A stretch of DNA of 64,000 nt from Felis catus (lineage: Eukaryota): NCBI RefSeq assembly GCF_018350175.1, contig NC_058382.1:59832001-59896000 (forward strand), written 5' to 3'. Shown piece by piece: positions 36,844 to 52,164 of this stretch. The notes beneath the pieces were generated by a model. The model did not search any database and was not told the DNA's origin. It saw only the letters and a list, made by a program, of their open reading frames with translations. The number at the start of each line of letters is the position of its first letter. The first letter of the stretch is position 1. The translations under genes and the position numbers were made by a program.

Positions 36844-36951
36844 CCCCAGCCTCCCCGCCGCTGTCGCCACTGTCCTCGTCGTCACTTCCGCCCTCGGCGT
36901 CCTCGTCACTGTCTTCTTCTGACTCCGTCTCCTCCAGCCACTCCTGAGCGC
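36844..36951 (-). CDS. KLHDC4: KLHDC4 exon 11 (acidic tail)
   Basis: Acceptor ttttgatttaaag|GC and donor G|gtgagt; 108 bp; encodes (G)AQEWLEETESEEDSDEDAEGGSDDEDSGDSGGEAG. Confidence 0.9.
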
Positions 36952-37023
36952 CTTTAAATCAAAAGCGAACGTTCAAAACGTCAGTGCAGGGAGTTTCCAG
37001 CTTCTCATCAAGAAGCGCACCCT

Positions 37024-37235
37024 GGGGCGCCTGGGGGGCTCAGTCGGCCGAGCATCCGACTTTGGCTCAGGTCATGATCTCACGCTCGTGAGTTTAAGCC
37101 CCGCATCAGGCTCTGTGCTGACAGCTAGTAGCCTGGAGCCTGCTTCGGATTCTGTGTCTCTATGCCCCTCCCCTGCTCACGCTATTTCTGTCTCAAAAAC
37201 AAAATAAACATTAAATAATTTTTTTTTTTTTTTTT
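37024..37235 (+). mobile_element. Can-SINE, feliform type
   Basis: ggggcgcctggggggctcagtcggccgagcatccgactttggctcaggtcatgatctc...aaaataaacattaaa followed by a T run. Confidence 0.95.
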
Positions 37236-37314
37236 AAATAATCATGCTGTCAAAGTGAGCCTATGTCCCAGTACCTCTGGACACCGGAAGGAAACGCGTT
37301 GTTTTCTCCAGTTC

Positions 37315-38230
37315 TGAGCAGAGGCGAGGGGAGACGACGGAGAGCAGAGGCGAGGGGAGGCTGACAGAGCGGAGGCAAGGGGAGAGGACGCAGAGGGGAG
37401 GGGAGAGGATGGGGAGCAGAGGCGAGGGGAGACTGAGAGCAGAGGCGAGGGGAGACGACGGAGAGCAGAGGCGAGGGGAGGCTGACTGAGAGCAGAGGCG
37501 AGGGTAGACTGATGGAGAGCAGAGGCGAGGGAAGAGGATGGAGAGGGGAGGGGAGAGGATGGGGAGCAGAGGCGAGGGGAGACGACGGAGAGCAGAGGTG
37601 AGAGGAGATGACGGAGAACAGAGGCAAGGGGAGGCTGAGGGCAGAGGCAAGAGGGGGACGAAGGAGAGCAGAGGCGAAGGGAGAGAACTGAGAGCAGAGG
37701 CGAGGGGAGACGACAGACAGCAGAGGCGAGGGGAGACGACAGAGAGCAAAAGCAAGGGGAGGCTGACTGAGAGCAGAGGCGAGGGGAGAGGATGGAGAGC
37801 AGAGGCGAGGGGAGGCTGACAGAGCAGAGGCAAGGGGAGAGGACGCAGAGGGGAGGGGAGAGGATGGGGAGCAGAGGCGAGGGGAGACTGAGAGCAGAGG
37901 CGAGGGGAGACGACGGAGAGCAGAGGTGAGGGGAGAGGACGGAAAGCAGAGGCGAGGGGAGGCTGGCTGAGAGCAGAGGCGAGGGTAGACTGATGGAGAG
38001 CAGAGGCGAGGGGAGAGGACGCAGAGGGGAGGGGAAAGGATGGGGAGCAGAGGCGAGGGGAGACTGAGAGCAGAGGCGAGGAGGGGGACGCAGGAGAGCA
38101 GAGGCGAGGGGAGAGAACTGAGAGCAGAGGTGAGGGGAGACGACGGAGAGCAGAGGCAAGGGGAGACTGACTGAGAGCCGAGGGAGGACGACGGAGAGGG
38201 GAGAGGAGGGGACGGAGAGCAGAGGCAAAG
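37315..38230. repeat. Purine-rich minisatellite (roughly 23-29 bp units, core gagagcagaggcgaggggag) in KLHDC4 intron 10
   Basis: Dozens of tandem variants, with tails such as acgacg, gctgact, aggatg and act. Confidence 0.95.
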
Positions 38231-38743
38231 GTACGAGACCCACCCCCGGTCTCACCCTGCAGCCCCTGCTCTAACCTAGCCTCCCTGGAAAACTAAGGAA
38301 CCTCGCAGGGCCACGCAGCGCCTTTCTCTGAAAGCGTGGACTCAAGCTCTGTTCAGTGTCCAGTGGCCAAGAAAGGAGTGGTGGCTGGCATCCAGCAGCC
38401 ACCCGTGTACAACGTGGACGCGAGGGACCGAGCAGTGCGGGTCAGAGCAGAGGCGGCCCAGAGGTTCCCCCGGAAGGCGTCCCCCAGACGCCTGGTCTGC
38501 CCTCGCGTGTTCACAGAGGCTGCGGACATTGGACGAGGCTCTGTGAGATCGGTTTTGCTACGACGCACCCCCGAGAAGCCCCGGGACGGGCCTGAGCGCC
38601 CCCCACCCGCCCCCGCGCAAAGCAAGCAGCCGCCCCCTCAGCTCCCAGAGCAGGGGCGGATGTACGCAGGAGGGGGCGCCTCGCCGTGACCAGAGCCCGC
38701 CCTCCGGGAGTGGCCACGGGTGAGGGCACGTGGGTCTTGCTCA

Positions 38744-39292
<549 letters not shown>

Positions 39293-39382
39293 TCAGGGGC
39301 GGCCGCTGGTCAGCGGGCAGCGTCCTCGAGCGACGTGGGGTGCGAGGGCGACCGGGCCGCGTGGCGGAAGCCCCCTGCCCTA

Positions 39383-40543
<1,161 letters not shown>

Positions 40544-41507
40544 TCAGCACACAGCCCGGGGGTCGGGGGGCACCCACTGCTGGGCCACAGGACCAACCCG
40601 TCACGACCAGCATTTTACTGCTTGAAGGAAAGAGAGGAGGAAAACCCCCCAGGGCCCTGCACACAGTCAGGGAAGATACTTTCCTGGGTTGCAGGACACA
40701 GGCTCAAGCGTGTGTCAGCCCACCGGGCCCATCCGGGCCCAACGCCGGATGCAGGGGCTGAGCCACGGGGTCCCACCGCCGGGAACACAGTAGGTTCCGG
40801 CTCCAGTTCACTCATGTAAACCGGGCAAGTTACTTCTCAGCACCAGACCTCAGTTCCCGCTGGGGAAAAGGCAGGCGCCCTCCTCGGTCACCGCAGGGTG
40901 GTGTGGCTGGCTTCCTGAGAAGTGCCCGGCTTAGCGGAGGCTAGGGTCACGCGGTGCGGTCCCGTCCTTCCACAGTGGACGGCGGCCTCACGGGGAGGGG
41001 AGACCCCGCTGCAGGGCCCGGAGCAGACCGGGCACCAGACCCAATCTTCTGGGTCTAGCCCAGCCCGCTCGTCCCAAGACTCACAAACAGGCCACCGCCT
41101 CACGTTCTCACTTTCCCGGACCCGTGAAACCCTTCCCAAAGCCCACACCCTAGCAGCCGCGTGCTCTTGGGCGAGCACAAGGGAACGAGTGGCTCCCGCC
41201 CTCTCAAGCAGGGGGGCTCCTGGCTCGACACCAGCTCCTGGCTTGTGCTTTCAGGTCAGGCCGTCCCAACCACCCCAGAGGGTGAATATTCCGGCTGTCC
41301 CTGCTGTGCAGACGGTCACCGAGGGTTATTCACAGAACGCCTGGTCTGCCTGCTCAGGTGAGGACACACCCACACCCCAGCCCAGTGTGCAGGGGCCTGT
41401 CGCCACCCTCTCTTCCCCATCCCCCAGCCACAGGGCAGGCAAGGCTTTCGGGCAGGACCCCGCAGACCACTGGCCGCCGGGACCCACCCTCCACCCAGCG
41501 TACGCAC

Positions 41508-41583
41508 CTTCCCTTCCATCCACAGGCTGCAGCAGGAACATGTCGGAATGCTGCGTGCCTCTGTCCACGTCCTTCTTGACTCT
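41508..41583 (-). CDS. KLHDC4: KLHDC4 exon 8
   Basis: Acceptor ttctgcag|AGA and donor G|gtgcgt; 76 bp; encodes RVKKDVDRGTQHSDMFLLQPVDGRE. Confidence 0.96.
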
Positions 41584-42244
41584 CTGCAGAAGGAACCGGG
41601 AGTCTCGTAAGAACTGGCCAGGCGCCACCCACAATGCCCCACACGGTCCCCTCAGGCTTGTGGTCTCGCTTCTCGCTGGGAGGCCGGGTGGGGAGGGGAG
41701 GGCTCGGGAGCCTTCCTTTGCAGCAGCTTCAAAGAAAGTATGAACCACGACCAGGTCAATTCTGACCTCACCGAGCAGACAGAATAAAAAATGTTGGTGT
41801 CAGTTATTAACTGTTCAGAATAGATTTTAAATTAAAAAACCCACCGTCCTAAAGACTGCCATCGTGCCAGGAACATTCCAGCACTCTGTTGCCGGCGAGT
41901 CCATGGCCTCTGCAGCCAGCCTGGTCTAGGCGGGGGGGTTGTACCGGAGCCCATGGGGACTTCTCCCGAGGCCGTAACAAAGCCATCTTCCATCGGCAAC
42001 CCCCACATCCCCGACCCCCTCATCTTCCAATATGTGTGCTCAGGCTTCACTGCAAGAACCGAATTAACGCTCTAAGCAGAAGCCAGCCGGCCCCGGACTC
42101 TCTGCGGCGGTGCCCTGCAGCTCACGCGGGCTCTGCGCCTACCTACAGGTTACAGTGTCTGGAAAACTGTGCAGCCAAATGGCTTTCCTGCGGGGAGGGC
42201 TCGGTAATGTTAACTTCATCTTTGTATCTACCCTTTAACTCCCT

Positions 42245-43330
42245 ATTTCTAACAAATTTGAATTTCAGGTGAGTTTTACATTTACAGACAAATCGAGCGC
42301 CCAGTTTCCCTACTAATAACGCCCTCCGTGTGTTACACCTGCCGCTAATTAAGGATGAAATGCTGATTAAGCCCTATTAATGGAAGTCCACAGTGTATTA
42401 AGATCTCCTCGGTTTCCCCGTGTCCCTTCTCTGTTCCAAGGCCCCGCCCTTTGATGACCTTCAGCGGCTGTGAGGTGCAGGTCAGCTGTCCCTCTATGGA
42501 CACTTGTCTGACCTTCTCTCACGACTGGACATGGGCTTCTGGGTTGTGGCCCCTTCTCACCCATCACACCGGGGGTGCATGCTGTCACTGTGACTTATCA
42601 CTGCTGCTGACCTTGGCCACAGGGCTGTCAGGTCACCGCCCCCCACCCCCGCCCAGCTCTCCACAGTCCTCCCTGGAAGGACATCACTCTGCACAGCCCC
42701 ACGTACGGTGGGGAGTCATACTCCAGAGCTCAAGGGCAGAGTGGCTACGCAATTTATGTGGAACTCTGCACAGGGACTTGTCCCTTTTCCCCCGATCTAT
42801 TTATGCTTTCAATCATTTGCATCTAAACGTACAGACTCACGGACTCTGACGTCATACTGTGAGCTACAATCCAAGCCACTTTACTCACTTGGTTGCTGGA
42901 ACCTGGTTCCAGCCTTGGCCATCGGAAACCCTTCCAGCGGCTCCTCTGTCCCTCTGACGCACCCCATCGGTGAGGGTTTCCCATAAGCGCTTCCTCCGGT
43001 TGGAGAAAATGCTCCAGCCTCGCCCTGTACACCCCCAGCCCCAGACTCAGCCATTTCCCCAAGTAGCCCCGGGTCCTGTCTCCAGAGATGGGGTCAGAAG
43101 CCAAGATCTGGGCACCAGCAGGGCTCGCGGCCGCCGGGCGCCTTTACCTCCGGGCCCTCCCGGCAGACAGAACCAGGAGACGCACACACACGCTTCTTTT
43201 CCTCTCAGCCACGGGCATGTATTCACTGGAGACAGAGAGCTAGTTTCCTTCTGGAAAACAAAGCCCACGATCCCGCTGTCCCAGGACTGGACATGTGCCC
43301 TGGATGTCCTAAGGCCAGGGAGGCTCCGTA
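42245..43330 (-). mobile_element. Old L1 (L1MC-like) 3' fragment
   Basis: ttttacatttacagacaa...cccagtttccctactaataac...tcccttctctgttccaagg...gactcacggactct...gttccagccttggccatcggaa match reverse-strand L1MC 3' UTR motifs. Confidence 0.65.
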
Positions 43331-43377
43331 TGGGCCACATTGTGGGGAGCAGCCTGAATCTCAGGAAATGAAAACTA

Positions 43378-43527
43378 GGGGATAGCTCAGGTCATGATCT
43401 CACAGTTTGTGGGACCGAGCCCCGCGTCAGGTTCTATGCTGACAGCACGGAGCCTGCCTGGGGTGCTCTCTCTCCCCCTCTCCCTGCCCCTCCCCCACTC
43501 GTGCTCAGTCTCAAAAATAAAGAAAGA
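43378..43527 (+). mobile_element. Can-SINE, truncated head
   Basis: gctcaggtcatgatctcacagtttgtgggaccgagccccgcgtcagg, then a CT tract and aaaataaag. Confidence 0.85.
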
Positions 43528-43539
43528 TGATTATTTTTT

Positions 43540-43900
43540 TAAATCACAATGAGACCCCACACGTCCACCAGCAAGGCCAAGAATAAAAAACTCTGGTGGG
43601 ATCAAGGGCTGGCAAGGGTGTGGGGCAACCACTGCGGGACAGGGTGTGACGCTGCACCCTGGGACCCAAGCAGAACCACTCCTGGGTCCCTGCCTGAGAA
43701 ATGAGAACGTAGAGCCATACGGCGACCTGCACGAGAATGCGCATCGCAGCTTGGTTCCTAACGGTCAGAAACGAAAATCAGCCCTGGGTCTGCAAACAGA
43801 AATTAGAGAAACCAACCGGGGTGTCCTAGTGGAAAACCGCTGGGCGCCAAGAAGCGAAAGCAGCTAAAACACGCAACGGGGACGGATCTCGAAAGCAGGC
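43540..43900 (+). mobile_element. Old L1 ORF2-end / 3' fragment
   Basis: aaatcacaatgagaccccacacgtccaccagcaaggccaagaataaaaa...gctggcaagggtgtggggcaac...gacccaagcagaaccactcctggg. Confidence 0.6.
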
Positions 43901-44550
43901 CGAAGTGATGCCTGTGTTTTTCTCTAAAACACGCCCAGAAATATGGGTGGAGAGCAGCACAGATGTGAGCGACCACAGAAGCAGGGACAGCAGAGCATGG
44001 ACTGCAGAAGAATCCAGGTGGGGGTACAGTAAGTGCTCGCTGACTCTTAAGTCACATCGCAGAAAATTTCAAAATACGAAGGCTAAGAGCGAGCCTGCAG
44101 TGAGACACGACCTTATCCCTCTGGGCCTCGCTGACGCGTGCAAGCTGGAGCGGTTACGCCTGGAGGCTGCAGCCGCTGCGAGTGGCCCCTGCGTGGACGA
44201 CACACCCCAGAGCCAGCAGGAGCCACCCTGGTGTAGGGCACCCAGACAGGTGTGCAAGAACATTTACTTCCGCGTGTCTGCGCGGCTGGAAGAAGTGGCC
44301 TGTTCTACACATGAGCCCCCCCCCATAGCACTTGGGGTCTGTGGTTAGGAATCAAGACCCCCCCCCCCCACGCGGCTCATCCCAATACGGAATTATTCAC
44401 AGTCCCGCGTTTTCAGAGCATATGGGTTAGAACGTAATATGGCTGCAAAAATCTTGATATGTTCACGGGAGAGATTGATACACATCCATTTCTACTCTAA
44501 TAAAAAGTGTTTCTATTGAGCCAACATGCAATCCTGTTTGGAAGTTTTCA

Positions 44551-44829
<279 letters not shown>

Positions 44830-47104
44830 TTAGCTTCGAGGTAAACTTTGTACCATCTGAAACAAGTTCCCAGTTGAAAGTTGAAATCCACACGAAAGGG
44901 CTGGAGGCAGATGTGAGTTTGTATCTGGAAACTAGAGATAACGCTAGCTTACAGAAATTCATTAATTTGCCTGGATCTGAAAGCCTTTCTAATCTGGAAG
45001 TGATGCTTCCTTACACAGTTTACAAAACCACAGTCTCACAAATAATTGCATCAGGTTACCATGCGTATAAGCTTAAGCTCATGATTTAGAGATTCAAGTG
45101 AATCCTCAGAACGGAGATTCCTGCAGCTGGGTCAGGGCCGTGAAGAGACCCCGAGCCGGGCAGGGAGCCGAGCCGGGCTGAGCTGAGCGTTGCGGAGACT
45201 GACAAGCCAGAGGCATGGCCCTGGCGCCCCGCAGCGGGACAGCGGCAAGGGGGCACGCGGCCCTGGGACTTAAGTTGCGAAGGAGTCAAATGCAGAGGGC
45301 CTCGAGAAGGGGCCCCGTGCGTGGGGCGGCAACAGCCCGGCCCGAGTCGTGGGGGGAATGCCGCCTCCTGGTACCATTTCACGGACAGCCGGGACAAAGC
45401 CAAGGGGCCTCGGGTCAGAATTACACGGGAAGAGGAAGAGGTGCTCCCCAGGTACTCAAAACAGACAGCCAGGCTTCAGGTGGGAAATTCTACCACAGTC
45501 TGAGCAGTTTTGTCTCTCCTACTAGAGCTAACCCAAGTCCGGCCCCCTGCAGCCAGCACACGGAAGGGCCAGCACAAGGCCGGTTTGCTGCGCCGCTCAC
45601 TTGAACGCTGCGCACAGCGTGGGACACGGGACCAGTCGCCTGCAGGGTGGCCTCCCTGACTGGCACCCAGAGATGCGCCTTCTGTAGGATGGCTTTTCGT
45701 ACATGAACTGAGGAACTTAGAGGTGTTCGGTTCTAAGAAGACTTCGTTACATTCTCCCGTCTCCTCGGATTTCACACTGCAGGTGTGCAGCAAAAAAATT
45801 CTATCCCGCACATGAATATCAACCGTTATTTGGTTTCAAAAAGCCCAACTAACTTGTTTAATATGGAAGGTTTCTTTACTTGTATCTCCTGTTGTCCTGT
45901 GTGTTTGAAGACTTCATAATTTTAAGCAAGATTAACAGGTAACACTTTGAGAACAGTTCTGATTTTGGAAAAGCCGCAAATCACAACCATCGTACAACTT
46001 GATCCACTTTATAACCCGTGCCTGCTTCAGCGGCACATACACCGTAACCTATGAGTTCCAAGGAGCAAGGCCTGTGTTGGTCTCCCCAACCGTTTTGGGG
46101 CTGTTTAAAAAAAAAAAAAAAAAAAGTGTGAAGTCTAAGTAATAGGTAACAATCCCTTAGGAATAAACTTTTAAAAACAGCCGGGGCTTCCTCATCCAAA
46201 ATGGCTATAATCAACCGAACACCTGCAGGGCGGGAAGCGGCCCCCTGGAAATGAGTGATCTTGTGGAGGCCACAATCCACTGGGCATTCGTTCACCTGGT
46301 TTCCTCATCCGGGACGTGGGACCACGACCTGCCTGCCAACAGTATGGTCTTTGAGACATACCATTAAAGTGCGACTACACCCAAGTTACACCTTTAGCAA
46401 CACAGAATCATCCCTGTTTAACTTCAACTGTGCTTTCAAAATCCTCTCCTAAAGTATGTAAGAATTGATGACCCCTTGTCAATTAATAAAATACCTTTCT
46501 TCACAAAGAAAAACTGCAACTTTAATTGAGCCAAATCTACACCACAACGCCTCAACTAAGACCAGGGTGAGAGGGGTATGAAAAACAACAAGACTCGGCC
46601 TAACTCACCTCCCCCTTTGTATCCACGTACAACGACTTCTTTAGGAGCCAGGAATTATCAGACAAAAATTGTGCAAATGGACCCACAATGTGACAAAACT
46701 GTTAGCGGTGCCATGACAACTAATAAACTGATTATTTCTTGAAGGATTAGGAGAGGGAAGCGTAAAACACGGCCAGAGAGACACCCCTATCCACCCTCCT
46801 CCACGTGGGGTCCACTCAGAGGAATGGCCTTCACCAGGCATGACAACAGCCCAGACGGATGTCGACACAACACAGTACCATATTAGGATGGTGAGAGGCA
46901 CGCTAACCTGTCACCACGCGTCTTGTTTCTCGGGACCGAACTAAGGACGCTCCAGAGGCTGCCATGTGGACGACAGGCTCTCAACCATCAGGGAACCTGC
47001 TGGCCCGACCTGGAGTGCATACACGTGGGATACACGAAGGCGGCAGCTCGTAGCAACGCAGCCACAACACAGGGGCGCACTGCAGGCCCCTTTTTAGACA
47101 CCAC

Positions 47105-47639
<535 letters not shown>

Positions 47640-47879
47640 TTACACCAACTTGTGTTTCACAAGCACTTACTGAGTACAATTTAATTGGACCACAGGCTAC
47701 CAAGGCCATCCCGAGTCCAGCTAGCTGCTGTAAATGTGGACAGCCAGGCCCCACGACCTTGGAGTGAGGATTTCTCAGAGGCAGCAGGGACTTGGACACA
47801 GAAACCGGACTCCATTAAGACAGCAAACCTCAGCTCTTCAAAATAAACCATTGTACAATCAAACAGCAAGTGACAAAGG

Positions 47880-48285
47880 GGAGGCAGATTTCTGCAAACA
47901 CGCACCTGACCAATGACTTGCGTCCAGAAAACAAAGAATTCTCACTATCTCATGAGTAAAATAAATCCAATAAAATTATAGGCAAAAGACTGGGACAGAA
48001 TATTGAAATAAAAACAGGAAAGAAAAGACACACGGATGGCCAATAAAAACAGAAAGAGACGGTAAGTACATCGCTCATCGGTCTTCGGTCAACAAGCCCA
48101 AAGCTCAGCGCGTCCCGTGCCGAACACCGCCAGCGGCCCTAAGCAAACGGCGGGACCGAAGCCGAGCAGGTGTAAGACAGCACCACCACGGGACTGTTCC
48201 TCACACCGTGAGACGCTCCTGGCACACAGCCCAGCAACGGGACACCAGATACTGACTCAGATGTGACAACACAAGGGCACAGAAA

Positions 48286-48348
<63 letters not shown>

Positions 48349-48805
48349 AGAGAAGTTTTATTCATCACTGTCAAAAAACCGGAAGCAGCGAAGAGATGCT
48401 TCGACGGGGGAAAAGAGTAAAAGTGCGGTACATTCTCATGATGAAGGACTGTCGGCAACAAGCAGGATACACACGGTACGCACAGGTCTCGTAAACGTCA
48501 CGCTCGACAGAAGCGGCATCAGAAGGGCACGTACTGTATGATTCTGCTTCTACGTAGGAGATTCTTAAACAGGCAAAATCAATCTATGGTGACGACAGTA
48601 GCTGCCTGGGGCCAAAGATTACAAGGGGAATGACGGCAAGCGGGCAGGAGAGAACTTTCTGGAGTGAGGATCACCTTGTCTGTCCCGGGTGTGGTAGTGG
48701 TTACACGGGTGTGTGTATCAGCTGAAACTCCTCTAACCGTCCACCTAAAAGGCAGGCATTTTATTGAACATGATTCTATCTCATTAAAATTGATATAAAA
48801 AAACA
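47880..48805 (+). mobile_element. Old L1 (L1ME-like) ORF2 end and 3' UTR
   Basis: ataggcaaaagactgggacaga...gatggccaataaaaac...aaacaggcaaaatcaatctatggtgac...gtatcagctgaaactc. Confidence 0.65.
48287..48344. repeat. (AC)29 microsatellite
   Basis: Perfect dinucleotide run. Confidence 0.97.
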
Positions 48806-51673
48806 CGCATCAATAAATAACCAACAGAAGGGACTTCTGAGTTCTGGCTTGGCATGCAAGGGACTTGGAAGTCACCAGTGTGTCCCAACAAGTAACCGGG
48901 AAAGTCAACAACTCCGCTTAGACCCCCACAAACGGAGGGACGCAGGTCAAAGTGGTGGCCCCCAAATTAGGGACAGACAGGTGCGTACAGGAAGTCACAC
49001 TTCCAGAAGCAGAAGCTCATGAGCAGAAACTGCAGGAACCAGAGCTTGACGGGAAAGCCTGGACAAAAACCCAGAGGCTCAGGGCAGCAGCTCAGAGAGT
49101 GAAAACCCCCAGCGCGACCCAGTGACAGGGCCCCCACGGTACTGTGAGATGTACTCCTAGGAGTTCGAGCGGGTTCCGCAGGAAACGTCCCAGACACATC
49201 CCCTCGTGCTCCTGGCGAGGAAGGGGAGAAGGGACCACCGTGAGGCGTGCCTGAACGAGGCCTGCCTTCCGGGAAACCCAGCTAAGGGGAGCCCACCCCG
49301 TACCCTGCGGGAGTACAGTCAGAGCCAAGTCGACCTGGAGGAAATCCAACTCCCAGACTCCAAACTCCCTCTGGGCATGCCGGCCCGCCCAAGAAGCGGC
49401 GGGCCTGTGCAGTGAGCAGCAGCCCGGGCTCCACAGAGGACACAGGCCTCATCGCGGGGCTGGAGAGGGCCCCTTCCAGCGCCTCACGGCCACAGGCCTG
49501 ACCTATGGACAGCAGTTTCTTCTAACTGGCCCATCACGTCCTGCTAGTGAGAAGCAAAAGCACCCCAAAAGGCAAAAAGCACAGTCTGAAGGTTCCCAGC
49601 AAGCACCAGAAGCGGACAGGGGTGCCGGAATTATGAGACCAGGAGTTTACCAACTGTGATTAATGCGCTAAGGGCTGCAACAGCTGAAGTAGACGGCAAG
49701 CAGGATAGGTGGGCAAGGTCAGGAGCGAGACGGGAATCCTGAGAAAGAGCCACAAAGAGAGATCAAACCAGCAACAGAAACAAAGGCCACCGAGCATGCC
49801 TCCGAGGGGCTCGCGAGCAGGCTGGACATGTTTAAGAGCCTGGAGCCACAGGACACGGCAACACAGAGCTCAAAAACCAAAGACCAAGGAGAAGTAAGCC
49901 TGGGGGGAAAAAAACAACAAAAAACAGAACAGGACATCCGAGGACCGTGGGCCACTCATGCTACAAGGTGTAACAGAAGCACAGCGGCAGTGCCAGAAAG
50001 AGAAGACAGAGGAATGGAAGAAAAACAGGAAACAGTGAGAATTTCCCCAAACTAAACTCTGACATCAAACTACAGATGCAGGAAGGCCGGAGAACACGGA
50101 GCAGGACGGGTGCCAGGAAACGATACCTAGACGTGTCGTTTTCAAGGTACAGAAAACCAAAGACAAAGGAAAAATCCGGGAAGAAGCCGCAGGACAGTAC
50201 GCCTTACCTATCGATAAAACAAAGATAAGAATTACATCCAACTCCTGCTCAGAAACCGAGCCAGCAAGAAGAGTGGAGAGAAATATTCAAAGCAGGGAGA
50301 GAACTCTGTGCTCCGCAAAATCAGCCTTCAAAAGTAAAGGAGAAAGAAAATTTTCTCCAACGAACCAAACTTAAGGGACCTGGCCCAGCAGACCCGCCTC
50401 GCAAGAAATGTTAAAGTCTTTTAGAGAAAAAAAAAATATATATATATATGGGTCAAAAACTCGAATCTACGTGAAGAAAGGAAGACAAATGAAGAAATTA
50501 GTGAAGTCAAAATAAAAACATTTCATTTTTCTTATTCTTCACTGATCTAACGAGTAACAATTTGTTCACAACAGGAGCACTAATGTATTTGACTGTGTGT
50601 CCCTCACTACACACACACACACACGTTCTCACGCATGAGTAGGTGTCAGTGAAATGAAAGACAGCAGTCATACGGGGAGGGGCCGACAGAAGGAATTAGG
50701 ACTATTTTGCTATTTCAAGGTATCCACACTACTCATGAAGTGGTACAATGTTATCTGAAATTGGACTCAGATTAGCTAGCTGTCAATGCAAGCCACTGAA
50801 AGTAGCAAAAAAATGATGCGAAGAAAGGAGAAAACTGGGATCTTACAACATGCTCCATTAAAACTACAAAAAAACAACAAAAAAAGTCAAAGACAAACAG
50901 AAGAACAAGGAATAAGGGCAACAAATAGAAAATAGTAACAAATACAGTAGATATTAATCTAACATATCAATAATCATTTTCAACGTTAATGTTCTAAATA
51001 TACCCATTAAATGACAGAGATTGTCAGAGTAGATCAAAACACAAGACCCAGCTATGTGCTGTCCACAAGTAACCCACTTTAAACATAAAGACACCTGCAG
51101 ATGAAAAGTAAACACAAGGACAACTAATTAGCTTCGATTAGCTGACAACTAATCAAAGAAAAGGAGGAGTAACTACATTTCAGACAGAGCAGACTTCAAA
51201 ACAAGGAAAGTCACCCGGGACTTAAATTGCCATTACATAAGCATAAAGGGGTCAGTTCTCTAACGAGGCATAACAGTTCTTAACATGGACACACCCGACA
51301 ACAGAACATCAAACTACGTGAGGCAAAAATTAACAGAACTGCAAGGAGAAAAGAGACATCTGCTATCACAGTTAGAAAATTCAACGCCCCTGTCTCAAAA
51401 CTGGACACAGCAGCAAAAATCCACAAGGACAGAGCCGAACTCAACAACACCATCAATCAACTGGATATAACGGCCATCTACAGACTACTTCATCCAACAA
51501 GGGGCAGAATACACATTCTTCTCAAGCTCACACAGAACACTCACCATGACAGACCATATTCTGGGCCAGAAAACACACCGTTAACAAATTGAAAAGAACA
51601 GAAATCATACAATTTCTGCTTTTAGAGCACAGTGAGAATAAACTAGAAACCAGTAACAGAAAGAGAGCCAGGA

Positions 51674-51879
51674 GGGGCGCCCGGGTGGCTTAGTAGGTTA
51701 AGCGTCTGACTCTTGATTTCGCCTCAGGTCATGGTCTCACAGTCTCGTGAGCTCGAGCCCCACATCAGGCTCCACACTGACAGTGCAAAGCCTGCTTAAG
51801 ATTCTCCCTCTCTCTCTGCCTCTGCACCTCCCCGCCTCGTACTCTCGCTCAAAGTAAATAAACTTAAAACAAAAAAAAA
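51674..51879 (+). mobile_element. Can-SINE inserted in L1 ORF2
   Basis: ggggcgcccgggtggcttagtaggttaagcgtctgactcttgatttc...aaataaacttaaaacaaaaaaaa. Confidence 0.95.
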
Positions 51880-52164
51880 GATAGATGGGAAATACAAAAT
51901 ATACAGATTAAACAACATATTTATAAATAACATGTGGGTCAAAGAAGAAATAAGGAGAAAATTTTAAATATTTTGAACCAAATGAAAATAAAAATACAAT
52001 TTATCAAAATTTGTGGGATACAGTGAAATGTATAGGATTGAATGCACATATTAGAAAAGAAGAAGGGTTTAAAGCCAATAATCTAATTTTCCACCATAGG
52101 AAACTGGAAAAAAGAAGAGGAAACTAAACCCAAAACAGAAAAGAAGACATAATAAGAGAGCACA

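Noticed and set aside
37315..38230. CRISPR-like repeat-spacer array
   Set aside because: Mammalian DNA; the variable parts are short related unit tails, not unique spacers.
37242..38255. 337-aa Ser/Pro/Leu-rich ORF on the - strand and overlapping ORFs
   Set aside because: It is the translation of the minisatellite and lies inside a KLHDC4 intron.
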